Source of the DNA: a bacterium
Lineage (GTDB): Bacteria > CALINM01
NCBI GenBank assembly: GCA_041640455.1
Contig: JBEQAF010000031.1
Coordinates: 1-22,574, forward strand
Direction of reading: 5' to 3'
DNA length: 22,574 nt
Made by a program: the position numbers and the translations under genes. Of this stretch, positions 8,971-18,128 are shown in pieces; within the stretch, counting starts at the first letter, position 1; each line of letters opens with the position of its first letter. The notes beneath the pieces were generated by a model. It ran no database searches, had not been told where the DNA came from, and saw only the letters and a list, made by a program, of their open reading frames with translations.

Positions 8971-11013
8971 TTAAAGTAGATTATAAGGGTCCATGTCAAA
9001 ATAAACCTTTATATCTGACGGTATTTTCATCTCACTTTTTAACCCCTGAGCCACTCTGATCAGCTTTTTAGGATTATCTGCCTTGAGGTATATCTGATAT
9101 CTGTAAAGTCCCTTTTCCCTATAAACAGGCGCCTGCATGGGTGGGTATATATCTATCTGCCTGTTTTTATTTTTTTTCTGAAAATATATAAAAAATTCTG
9201 AAGCAAGCTCTTTTAATCTCTGCTCATTTCGACCGCTTAGTTTTATCACAAGTAGTCTTTTAAAAGGGGGAAAACCTGCTACCTTTCTTGATTCGGTCTC
9301 AAGCCGATAAAACTCTACGTAATCCTCATTCAGCGCAAGTTTATACACAGGAAGATCCGTAAGGGCTGTCTGAATAACAATTCTACCCTTCTTCTCTCTA
9401 CCAGCCCTTCCGCCCACCTGAGTGATAAGCTGAAAAGCCCTTTCCTGAGCCCTGAAATCTGGAATACTTAATCCCTGTTCGCCCGAAAGAACACCCACAA
9501 GGGTAAGATTGGGCAGATGAATCCCCTTTGTTATAATCTGGGTTCCTACAATTATCTGATAATATCCGCTAATAAGCCCTTCGAGATGTTTTTTAAAAAA
9601 ATCTCTTTTCTCCAGACTGTCGCTGTCAATCTTTAAAACCCTTGCATCTGGAAATCTTTCTGATATAAGCTCGTCAACTCTTTCGGTACCCATCCCGAAG
9701 TAGCCTATATTTCTGCTCTTGCAGTAAGGGCAGTTATCAGGCAGCTTTAATGATCTGCCGCAACGATGACATATCAATAGATTTTTTGATTTATGCCAGG
9801 TTAATGAAACTGTGCAATTTTTGCATTGGAGAAAATTTTTGCAGTCCCTGCAGAACACATATGGGATATAGCCTCTTCTGTTGATAAAGAGCAGGCTCTG
9901 CTCACCGCTCTGCAAATTTTTCTCAATCTCCTCTATCAGCCTTTTTGAAAAGCAGGGATTTATCATCTCCTCGATTTCGGTATTTACTAAAATCAGCTCC
10001 TTTTTCTCTTCTATAATGGGCTTTTCAAGTTTCAGTTCCTCTACCTGTCCATCCTTTACCTTGAAATAGGTCTCACAGGAAGGGGTGGCAGAAGACAGAA
10101 TAAGTGGCACTTTAAACACCTTTGCTAATACAAAAGCCAGATCCCTGCTATTATAGGCAAAATAAGTATCGCTCTTATAGGACTGATCGTGTTCTTCGTC
10201 CACAATTATTAATCCGAGCTCTTTAAGAGGCAGAAATATGGCGGATCTGGTTCCTATAAGCAGGCAGTTTTTACGGGCACTTGTTTCAAGCACAAATCTT
10301 CTCTCTGCACTGGTAAGACTGCTGTGCCAAACAAGTATATCCTCCTTAGGAAAAAGAATCATTGCACGACGGTAAATGTGCGGAGCAAGAGCTATCTCAG
10401 GTAACATAAAAAGCACACTTTTACCTTTTTCATAAAAATACTTTGCCAGATAAAGCAAAAGCAGGGTCTTCCCGGTTCCTGTCTTTCCAAAAATCAGAAA
10501 AGGGCGGTCTATTGCTTTTTCTACAATAATATCAAATACTTTTTTCTGTTCATCCTTTAGTTTTATCTGACTATCATCGGCTTCTTCAAGATAGGAAAAA
10601 CTGATTTTTTTTGGCTTACTGAAAAAAATATTCTCCCTTTTTTTAAAAAGCTCTTCTTCATCGCCTATATCCAGAGACTCTCTGATTTTGAAAAAACCCA
10701 GATTAGGGAATGCACTGGTAAGCACCGTTGACAGACTGACCATATAATAACTGGCTGCAAACTGATAAAAGGAAAGCATCCTTTCATCAAAGAAGGGCGG
10801 ATAGGGCGACAGGCTCAATATCTCACCAATTCTTTCGGCAGGTAATTCTTTTGGATGGTCATTTAGAAGCTTAACTATAAAAGCTGGATGGATTTTTTCT
10901 TTTACCTTAACAAAAACGAGCTTACCAATCATCAGCTCTTCTTGTGGAATCGCTGATTTGTAAACAAGGTTTTTAGGAAAATTATTAAGAGGCGCCACCT
11001 CAAGATAGACCAT
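8971..11013 (-). CDS. priA: Primosomal protein N' (replication restart helicase PriA)
   Basis: GKTGTGKT, IIVDEEHD, SATPS, zinc motifs CRDC/CKNC/CHRC/CPYC, QVGGRAGR and DMDPY. The ATG at 11013 (MVYLEV) is preferred over the TTG at 11049, which lies within the -35 box. Confidence 0.96.
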   Translation of the reverse strand: MVYLEVAPLNNFPKNLVYKSAIPQEELMIGKLVFVKVKEKIHPAFIVKLLNDHPKELPAERIGEILSLSPYPPFFDERMLSFYQFAASYYMVSLSTVLTSAFPNLGFFKIRESLDIGDEEELFKKRENIFFSKPKKISFSYLEEADDSQIKLKDEQKKVFDIIVEKAIDRPFLIFGKTGTGKTLLLLYLAKYFYEKGKSVLFMLPEIALAPHIYRRAMILFPKEDILVWHSSLTSAERRFVLETSARKNCLLIGTRSAIFLPLKELGLIIVDEEHDQSYKSDTYFAYNSRDLAFVLAKVFKVPLILSSATPSCETYFKVKDGQVEELKLEKPIIEEKKELILVNTEIEEMINPCFSKRLIEEIEKNLQSGEQSLLFINRRGYIPYVFCRDCKNFLQCKNCTVSLTWHKSKNLLICHRCGRSLKLPDNCPYCKSRNIGYFGMGTERVDELISERFPDARVLKIDSDSLEKRDFFKKHLEGLISGYYQIIVGTQIITKGIHLPNLTLVGVLSGEQGLSIPDFRAQERAFQLITQVGGRAGREKKGRIVIQTALTDLPVYKLALNEDYVEFYRLETESRKVAGFPPFKRLLVIKLSGRNEQRLKELASEFFIYFQKKNKNRQIDIYPPMQAPVYREKGLYRYQIYLKADNPKKLIRVAQGLKSEMKIPSDIKVYFDMDPYNLL

Positions 11014-11020
11014 TAAATTT

Positions 11021-11049
11021 AGTATATAGTTATTATGATAGAATGACAA
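11021..11049 (-). promoter_or_regulatory. Sigma70-type promoter of priA
   Basis: TTGTCA (11049-11044), 17-nt spacer, TATACT (11026-11021), then 7 nt to the ATG. Confidence 0.65.
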
Positions 11050-11086
11050 TCTGAACTGATAAATCCCTCTATACCCCTAAATCTTA

Positions 11087-11103
11087 TTGGCAAAAAAATT
11101 GCT
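11087..11103 (+). promoter_or_regulatory. Sigma54 (-24/-12) promoter of the minor pilin operon
   Basis: TTGGCAAAAAAATTGCT has the GG-N10-GC spacing and matches TGGCA...TTGCW. Confidence 0.65.
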
Positions 11104-11115
11104 TAAATCAGGCAT

Positions 11116-11565
11116 ATGAAAAGCGGGTTTAGTCTTGTTGAGTTGCTTATTATAATTGCGATAATATCAATTATTTCCACAATAGGATTCCCTAACTTTA
11201 TAAGACTCAGGGAGATATATATTGTTAAAGGAGAGATGCAAAGGGTGATATCTTTCGTTTCGCTCGCAAAATCTGTATCTCTTAAATATAATGAGCAGGT
11301 TTGTGTAACCTTTCCAAAAGGGACAGGTACCAAGCTTAAAATGTTTATAGACTCCAATAGAGACAAGCTTCATAGCGAGGGGGAGAAGCTGGAACAAACT
11401 CTTTCTCTTAATGAAAGCTTTCAGATAACTTCAGATGACAAAACTGTATGTTTTCCACCAACTGGCATTGTTCTTGGTTCAAATGAAACCATATTATTTG
11501 CTTATGGTAATCAGTCAAGAAAACTCATAGTCTCTGCTTACGGGAGGGTTAGAATTGAAAAATAA
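11116..11565 (+). CDS. fimT: Type IV minor pilin, FimT/FimU (GspH-like)
   Basis: Class III signal MKSG|FSLVELLIIIAI; AKSVSLKYNEQV; C-terminal VSAYGRVRI; first gene of a fimU-pilVWXY1 order. Confidence 0.85.
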   Translation: MKSGFSLVELLIIIAIISIISTIGFPNFIRLREIYIVKGEMQRVISFVSLAKSVSLKYNEQVCVTFPKGTGTKLKMFIDSNRDKLHSEGEKLEQTLSLNESFQITSDDKTVCFPPTGIVLGSNETILFAYGNQSRKLIVSAYGRVRIEK

Positions 11566-11974
11566 AGGTTTCTCGCTTATTGAGGTTTTAGTTGCCATGT
11601 CCATTCTTACGGTTGGGCTTCTGGCTGTAATATCCATGCAGACTACATCTTTAAATATTCAGTCAAGAAGCAAATATTCTCACACTGTTCAGCTGACAGC
11701 CCAGCAGATATTGGAAAGAATAAGAGCAAACGCCTATGAAGATGCGTCAATTTTATCATACAGCGGTCTGGATACAAAAAATCCTGCTCCTTCAGATGAG
11801 CCTGCCAAGTCGGATTACGATTATTTTAAATCCATCATTTCAAAAATTCCTGAAAGTCAGGTTCAGATAAGCATTACCAATCAGAGACCATATCCCGTAA
11901 AGGTAAGAGTTAGCTGGAAAGATGGCAGTATTTCTCATCATTTGGATTACGATACATTTATTTTGCCCCAATGA
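11555..11974 (+). CDS. pilV: Type IV pilus modification protein PilV
   Basis: KG|FSLIEVLVAMSILTVGLLAV...AQQILERIRAN; TTG start preceded by a GGAGG SD. Confidence 0.88.
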   Translation: MKNKGFSLIEVLVAMSILTVGLLAVISMQTTSLNIQSRSKYSHTVQLTAQQILERIRANAYEDASILSYSGLDTKNPAPSDEPAKSDYDYFKSIISKIPESQVQISITNQRPYPVKVRVSWKDGSISHHLDYDTFILPQ

Positions 11975-11984
11975 AGGATATTAT

Positions 11985-12935
11985 ATGAAAGAGACAAAGG
12001 GTTTTTCACTTGTTGAACTGATTATTGTAGTAGGTCTTGCTTCTGTCCTCATTGCATCTCTTGCCTCTGTGTTTGTTTCCCAGTCCAAAATCTATGGCAA
12101 GTTCAGCGATATTGAAGAAATAAGACAGGCTGGCAGGGCTGTGATTGATTATATGGCAAGAGAGATAAGAATGTCAGGTGCAGGAATGCTTGATAAGGAC
12201 TATAAATTCAAAAACGGTGATAACCTTGTTTCATTCTGGCATGTAAGCAGTATAAACTCTTCCACTGGTCCAGATGCCATAAGGATTAAAGGTAACTTTC
12301 AGGGCGTTTTTGGAATTATAAGCACCACTGTTGGGGGTACCGATATAGGAGACGAAGCAATTAAGGTAAGCTATAAAGAGAGAGCTACCTTATCTGTAGG
12401 CAATTATATAACCATAAATGACAGAGACAACTCGGAGATAAGATACGTAAACGGTGTCAGCTCCGATAAAAAAACTATCTCCTTCAAATCAGGAGATGGT
12501 CTGAACTATGCGCATAAAAACGGAACAATTTTTAATGGTATTCAGATACTCAGGTATTTTGTTGACTCAACAGGCACTCTGAGACGCAATAACTTTGAGG
12601 CAAATGGGAATCAACCTATTCTGGAAAATGTGGAGGATCTTCAGTTTCAATATGGCGTGGATGTTAATAATGACGGTTCTATAGATGGCTGGGTGAATAA
12701 TATAGGTGATACATTAGTGGTGTCAGGGGTTAATTATGCCACCAATCTCAGCATGTTAAAGCAGATAAACCTCTGGCTTCTTGTAAGGGGTAACGTGCCA
12801 GACGATTCAATAAATGATACTCGCACTTATGTGCTGGGAGATAGAAGTTATCAGCCACCAGCAGATTTGAGAAAGTACAGACGAGAAATTTTTAACACAA
12901 CCATTACTCTGAGAAACTTAAGAAGAGAGAGTTGA
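11985..12935 (+). CDS. pilW: Type IV minor pilin PilW
   Basis: Start reassigned to the ATG at 11985 (MKETKG|FSLVELII); REIRMSG, ENVEDLQFQYGVDVNNDG and C-terminal ITLRN are PilW motifs. Confidence 0.9.
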   Translation: MKETKGFSLVELIIVVGLASVLIASLASVFVSQSKIYGKFSDIEEIRQAGRAVIDYMAREIRMSGAGMLDKDYKFKNGDNLVSFWHVSSINSSTGPDAIRIKGNFQGVFGIISTTVGGTDIGDEAIKVSYKERATLSVGNYITINDRDNSEIRYVNGVSSDKKTISFKSGDGLNYAHKNGTIFNGIQILRYFVDSTGTLRRNNFEANGNQPILENVEDLQFQYGVDVNNDGSIDGWVNNIGDTLVVSGVNYATNLSMLKQINLWLLVRGNVPDDSINDTRTYVLGDRSYQPPADLRKYRREIFNTTITLRNLRRES

Positions 12936-12937
12936 TT

Positions 12938-13495
12938 ATGAAAAAAGAAAAAGGAAGCATATTAATTACTGCGTTAATTTTTATGCTGGTAATGAGCTTT
13001 ATGTTAATGGCTTTTTTAGACCTGACTACTACAGGGCTTAAGCAGGTCACATACTCTGAACAGGCTAAAAAAGCATTTTATATAGCCGACGGAGGTCTAA
13101 CAATTGCGGGTAGTGTTGTAGATATGATAGTTAGTGAAAAGGGTATTTCTGATGTGGTTAAAAAGAGATTTACTTCCAGTTTGGTAGATTTTAATAATCC
13201 TAATTTATATGATGAGCTTATGGGTCCTGCAGCATCTGATGTGCCTCTTGATTTGACAGTAAAACTTCTCAACAGTGAGGCAAAAATAGACATAAGAAAA
13301 ATAGGAAGCGCTGAGTTTGCTTCCGGCACAAGTGGAGAGTTTGCCAGCGGATATGAAGGTCTTGGGGGTGGTATGTCTGCAGGTGGTGTAATACTGTTTT
13401 ATAGCATTGACTCCGTAGGTGTATCCCCTCTGGGTAGCAAGTCCAATATTATGGGGATATACCGAAAAGTGGCAGGAGTAGGAGGAGGTAGCTAA
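12938..13495 (+). CDS. pilX: Type IV minor pilin PilX
   Basis: MKKEKG|SILITALIFMLVM lacks Glu5, as is typical of PilX; AFYIADGG motif; lies between pilW and pilY1. Confidence 0.87.
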   Translation: MKKEKGSILITALIFMLVMSFMLMAFLDLTTTGLKQVTYSEQAKKAFYIADGGLTIAGSVVDMIVSEKGISDVVKKRFTSSLVDFNNPNLYDELMGPAASDVPLDLTVKLLNSEAKIDIRKIGSAEFASGTSGEFASGYEGLGGGMSAGGVILFYSIDSVGVSPLGSKSNIMGIYRKVAGVGGGS

Positions 13496-13496
13496 A

Positions 13497-16400
13497 ATGA
13501 AGGGGCTAAATTTTAGAAAAGGACTTATTGGATTTTTCATTTTTATATTCTTTTTCATAGGTGTATTTAAATACAGTTTTATCACCGCAGGAACACTCAC
13601 AGCTCCTGAAAATAAAGATTATCAGGGGACTCCGCCTTTCATGGTGGATCAGGATCAGCTACTTCCAAATCTGATAGTTATTTTTGACAATAGCCAGTAC
13701 ATGGGTAGACCAGCCTACTGTAAGCCTGAGGGAGCTACCCAGTCTGAGCTTGATGATGAAACAATAATTAATGATTTTAATCAAAGCTATAAATATGTTG
13801 GACTTTATGATAACAATAGCTATTACGTTTATCAGAACCCTGCTGGTGTAGGAGGACAGACAAGATGGTCTACGGCAGGCACCATTAAAAATCCTGATGG
13901 CACTTATAACCCTAAACCAGCCGACGATGTGTCTAATAGAAACAAGCCATTAATTTACATTCCTGGCAATCTATTAAACTGGGCTGTTATGAGTAAATGG
14001 GATGTATTAAAAGCAGTCACAGTTGGGGGAGCGGTTACAAACCTCGGACAGGGAAACGCTTCTGAGGCAACTGGCGAGAGCAATGTAACATGGTCTGCCA
14101 GAGGCAGCTGGAAGGATCTTTCAACCAACATAACCTATTATTATAATTTTAAAGTTTCAATGAAGGGGCAGACATCCACCTTTGTAGTAAGAGTAAGTAC
14201 AGCAGGCTTTGCCCAGACCGATCCTTTAACACAGTCTGCAAAATTAAATACTATTCCTAAAGAAAGTAGCCTTTCGCTATTTGCGGAGAAGCTTGCAAAT
14301 TTATTTACCTTAAAGCCATCTTACGCCCAGACAACACCAGTGATAAGTAGTTTTTCACCTACATCAGGTCCTGCTGGAACACAGGTGGAAATATCTGGTA
14401 ATAACTTTGGAAAAAATCAGGGTCAGGTTTATTTTTCAGGTTCATCAGGGACCTGGGTTCAGGCTTCCATTACCAGCTGGTCAAGTAATCAGAAAAGCAT
14501 AACCTGTTTAGTCCCCAATAATGCCATAACCGGTCCGATAAAAGTTGTTACAGCCGCTGGCTTATCTGCTACAAGCGCAACAAACTTTGTGGTAATAAAT
14601 CTACCTTCCATTGAAACGATAACTCCTTCTTCGGGCTTTCCAGGAACTGAAGTTACCTTAACGGGTAAATATTTTGGAACTACGGGTACCATAAAGTTAC
14701 GGGAAGGAACAAATACAATCACAGTAACAGCCGCAGATCTTTTACAGTACACTTCTACACTTATCAGGTTTAAAATACCCGCCACAACCCCTACTAACAA
14801 AACTTATGATATTTTTGTTACAACCGCAGATGGAGATAGTAATGGTGTTCCTTTCACAGTTTACCCAACTACTTCAACACCCTTAATAATGAGTATTGAT
14901 CCAAACAATGCTGATAAAGGCGCTGTTGTTACCATAACGGGAAATAATTTTACAAACGTAATGAATTCTAATGACCAGGTTATTTTTTTAAATCCAAGAA
15001 ACGGTGCTGAATATTCAGCATCCGTATCTTATTGGAGCAATACAGAGATAAAATTCATAGTTCCAACCGTCCTTTCTTATGGGAGCTACAAGGTTTATGT
15101 CATAAGAGATAAAGGAGTTACTAATCTTAAGAGTAACGAAGTGGATTTTACCATAGTTGAAGTGGCTTTTTATGGACCCTTTGACGTATCTGTATACTAC
15201 CCCTATAACCCCTGGGGAGTAATACAGGAGCTTTATATGAACAACTATGATACTGTAGATCCCACGTGGAAAACCGATGTGCCCATCCCTGCTTTTATTA
15301 CCTTTGATGGTTTAGTAAAATGCCTGGGGACCAGCACTACAGCTAAAGCTTTTATAAACGATATGAGAAAAATAAAAATGAGAACAGCAAATCCACAAGC
15401 TCGCCCCTTTTGGTCTTTAGATGCTGCGATTAAGTATTATAAAAAGGAAAATACCATGGGGTGCGCTGATCCCCTAACCTCCTCAGGCTGGTGCAGAAAA
15501 AACTTTGTGCTTTTTGTTGGTAGTGGAAAAACCGATACGGGAGATCTAAGCTCATCAACTGTATTAAATGATATAAGACTGTCGCATGTGGAAGACATTC
15601 GCTCAGACATACAAAACGTACAAACCATAACTTTTTATGCTGTTTCGGTCTCTGAACGAGATCCTTTCAGACAGAATCTGAAGGATGTTTCAAGCTATGG
15701 CGGATTTACAGACCTAAACACCAACAAACTGCTTGATACAGGTGAAGATATTACAAGAAAAAAGAAGGATGTTAAAAATCTTACAATTCCAGATACCTAT
15801 TTTGAGCCCATCGGGGAAACAGGAAATGACCTTGGACAACAGATTAAAGATGCTGTATCTGACATTTTAAAAAGAGCCACATCAGGAACAGCAGTTTCTG
15901 TTCTTGCCACATCGGCAGAAGGTGAAGGTGCCCTTTTCCAGGCTTTTTTCAGACCCATTCATTTTGAAGCAGATAGATCTGTTAGCTGGTTAGGATATCT
16001 TCAGGGACTTTTTATTGACCCTTATGGAAATATAAGAGTTGATACAGATGGGGATAAAAAGCTCAGGCTAACCGTTGATGATATAGTAAGGCTCTCCTTT
16101 GACTCTGGGACTGGAGATACAGTTGGAGAGCTTTACAGAGATCAGAACGGTGATGGGAAGGCAGATACCACCGCTCCTTATATGACAGTACCTCTTACAT
16201 CACTTCCCACCCTGTGGGAAGCGGGAAAGATCCTTGCCAATACTCATCCAGATGACAGAAAAATTTTTACCACAACCACAGGAACCGAATCTGGTAGAGT
16301 TAATTTTGTGCCGTCCAATGCATCAACTTTACAAACACTTTTGAGAGCCAACACGGCAGAAGAAGCAGAAGATTTTATAAATTTTGTAAGAGGTGTTGAT

Positions 16401-18128
16401 CTGTCTGATAAAGGATATAGAGACATGAAAATTACTATTGATGGAACCACCAGAGTCTGGAAGCTTGCAGATATAGTTTACTCCACACCCACAGTAGTCT
16501 CAGTCCCCTCTGAAAATTATGACCTTATTTATGGAGATAAATCCTACTTTAACTTCTATAATACCCATAAAAATAGAAAAGCGGTAATATATGTGGGCTC
16601 AAACGATGGTCTTTTGCATGCCTTTTCGGCTGGAAAATTTACACAGGGCGATGATGGAACAGGTACCAGCGGCTATTTTGAAGATCCTGATAATGACATG
16701 GGTAAAGAGTTATGGGCATTTATCCCCCGTTCTTTTTTACCCCATATTCAATGGCAGACAAGAAGGGATTATAAGCATGTATTCGGCATAGATTTAAAAG
16801 TTAAGGTAGTTGATGTGGAGCTTACTAAAGGCGGCTCAAAGCAATGGGCTACTGTGCTTATTGGCGGCATGAGATTGGGAGGAGGACCAATAAGCGCAGG
16901 CGGTGAAACTATATATCCATCCTACTTTGCCATAGATGTTACTGATCCGGTTAATCCTGAAATTCTCTGGGAATTTTCCCATCCCGATTTAGGTCTAACA
17001 CTAAGTTATCCAGCAGTTATGAAAAAAGGCACAAAATGGTACGCCCTTTTTGGATCAGGACCATTTCATGACGATGGAACGTCATTTGAAGTTCCTTTAT
17101 ATCATGATACAAACGGATACAGAGGTAAAAGTAATAAAACAGCTAAACTATTTATTGTAGATATAGATAATAAAAGCAGTTGGGTTCAGAACTCAAATTA
17201 CTGGATTAAAGATACAGGGTTAACACAGTCATATATAGGTAATATCATCTCACTGGACTATGATCTGGTTGTTGATACAAATAAGGGGTTTCAATCTGAC
17301 GTGGTTTATGCAAGCGCAGTTCAGGGATTATACATAAGCTCCCAAACTGGACACTTTTACAGAATGATAACTAATACTGATAACCCTGCTGACTGGACCA
17401 TCAGAAAGGTTTTTCAAACCTCTGGATACAGACCATTGTTATATGCGCCAGCGGTATCTCTGAGAGGCAATGACCTGTGGTTATATATATCCTCAGGAAG
17501 ATTTTTACATATCTATGATAAAACAGTTTATACATCAGAGGACAACAAACAGAAGCTTTATGGCTTTAAAGATCCCTGCTTTAATGGTTCATTTAACTCC
17601 ACCTGCACAACAGTTGTTACCGAGTCCGATCTGGCTGATGTGACAACCGTAACGGTCAAAATAGATGGAACTGTTACGGGAACAGGCGCATCCACAAATA
17701 ACGCCACGACCTTTGAAGGTTTAAAAACTGCAGTAAGTGCAAAGAGAGGGTGGATGGCAACCTTAACTACTTCAGGAGAAAGAGGTGTTGCAAAACCAGC
17801 TTTAATAGGGGATGTTGTCCTTTTTACAACATATATCCCCACTTCAGATGTCTGCTCTGCGGGTGGCTCAGGCTATCTCTATGCTCTCTACTCTTTGACA
17901 GGAACTGCCTATATTAAACCGATTATAGGCTACAATACCTCAACCGGAGAGCTTTTCAAAAAGGTAGCTATGGGCGTTGGTACCCCATCCAGTATTAGTA
18001 TTCACATGGGAAGAGAAAAGGGCGGAAGGGCTTACATTCAGCAGAGTACGGGAGCCATTATGAATGTGGAGTTTCAAACAGCGGCTAAAGCAAAAAGTGG
18101 ATTTATACTCTGGAGAGAAAAATGGTAA
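13497..18128 (+). CDS. pilY1: Type IV pilus tip adhesin PilY1/PilC: degenerate vWA region, three IPT/TIG domains and C-terminal beta-propeller
   Basis: N-terminal hydrophobic export signal; LADIVYSTP, YVGSNDGLLHAF, GKELWAFIP, LIGGMRLGG, YFAIDVTDP, LWEF, VLFTTYIP..DVC..GG and terminal WRE are PilY1 propeller motifs. Confidence 0.93.
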   Translation: MKGLNFRKGLIGFFIFIFFFIGVFKYSFITAGTLTAPENKDYQGTPPFMVDQDQLLPNLIVIFDNSQYMGRPAYCKPEGATQSELDDETIINDFNQSYKYVGLYDNNSYYVYQNPAGVGGQTRWSTAGTIKNPDGTYNPKPADDVSNRNKPLIYIPGNLLNWAVMSKWDVLKAVTVGGAVTNLGQGNASEATGESNVTWSARGSWKDLSTNITYYYNFKVSMKGQTSTFVVRVSTAGFAQTDPLTQSAKLNTIPKESSLSLFAEKLANLFTLKPSYAQTTPVISSFSPTSGPAGTQVEISGNNFGKNQGQVYFSGSSGTWVQASITSWSSNQKSITCLVPNNAITGPIKVVTAAGLSATSATNFVVINLPSIETITPSSGFPGTEVTLTGKYFGTTGTIKLREGTNTITVTAADLLQYTSTLIRFKIPATTPTNKTYDIFVTTADGDSNGVPFTVYPTTSTPLIMSIDPNNADKGAVVTITGNNFTNVMNSNDQVIFLNPRNGAEYSASVSYWSNTEIKFIVPTVLSYGSYKVYVIRDKGVTNLKSNEVDFTIVEVAFYGPFDVSVYYPYNPWGVIQELYMNNYDTVDPTWKTDVPIPAFITFDGLVKCLGTSTTAKAFINDMRKIKMRTANPQARPFWSLDAAIKYYKKENTMGCADPLTSSGWCRKNFVLFVGSGKTDTGDLSSSTVLNDIRLSHVEDIRSDIQNVQTITFYAVSVSERDPFRQNLKDVSSYGGFTDLNTNKLLDTGEDITRKKKDVKNLTIPDTYFEPIGETGNDLGQQIKDAVSDILKRATSGTAVSVLATSAEGEGALFQAFFRPIHFEADRSVSWLGYLQGLFIDPYGNIRVDTDGDKKLRLTVDDIVRLSFDSGTGDTVGELYRDQNGDGKADTTAPYMTVPLTSLPTLWEAGKILANTHPDDRKIFTTTTGTESGRVNFVPSNASTLQTLLRANTAEEAEDFINFVRGVDLSDKGYRDMKITIDGTTRVWKLADIVYSTPTVVSVPSENYDLIYGDKSYFNFYNTHKNRKAVIYVGSNDGLLHAFSAGKFTQGDDGTGTSGYFEDPDNDMGKELWAFIPRSFLPHIQWQTRRDYKHVFGIDLKVKVVDVELTKGGSKQWATVLIGGMRLGGGPISAGGETIYPSYFAIDVTDPVNPEILWEFSHPDLGLTLSYPAVMKKGTKWYALFGSGPFHDDGTSFEVPLYHDTNGYRGKSNKTAKLFIVDIDNKSSWVQNSNYWIKDTGLTQSYIGNIISLDYDLVVDTNKGFQSDVVYASAVQGLYISSQTGHFYRMITNTDNPADWTIRKVFQTSGYRPLLYAPAVSLRGNDLWLYISSGRFLHIYDKTVYTSEDNKQKLYGFKDPCFNGSFNSTCTTVVTESDLADVTTVTVKIDGTVTGTGASTNNATTFEGLKTAVSAKRGWMATLTTSGERGVAKPALIGDVVLFTTYIPTSDVCSAGGSGYLYALYSLTGTAYIKPIIGYNTSTGELFKKVAMGVGTPSSISIHMGREKGGRAYIQQSTGAIMNVEFQTAAKAKSGFILWREKW
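14337..15158 (+). repeat. Three tandem IPT/TIG Ig-like domains within PilY1
   Basis: PVISSFSPTSGPAGTQVEISGNNFG / PSIETITPSSGFPGTEVTLTGKYFG / PLIMSIDPNNADKGAVVTITGNNF; each is about 85-90 aa and ends in F-x-V/I. Confidence 0.88.

Noticed and set aside
470..10069. Plus-strand ORFs in the track opposite the che genes and priA (e.g. 470..745, 3514..3870, 7458..7889, 8333..8848)
   Set aside because: Antisense shadows of well-supported genes, with no recognisable motifs.
11922..11984. Upstream ATG for pilW given in the ORF track
   Set aside because: It overlaps pilV and would bury the class III signal; the ATG at 11985 gives a canonical prepilin leader.
11972..12935. Sec readthrough at the TGA stops of pilV and pilW (likewise cheW at 2966 and the regulator at 2058)
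   Set aside because: These proteins are complete at the stop, the next gene starts immediately or overlaps, and the TGAs are not at Cys-like positions. They also show TGA is a normal stop here, which argues against an alternative genetic code.
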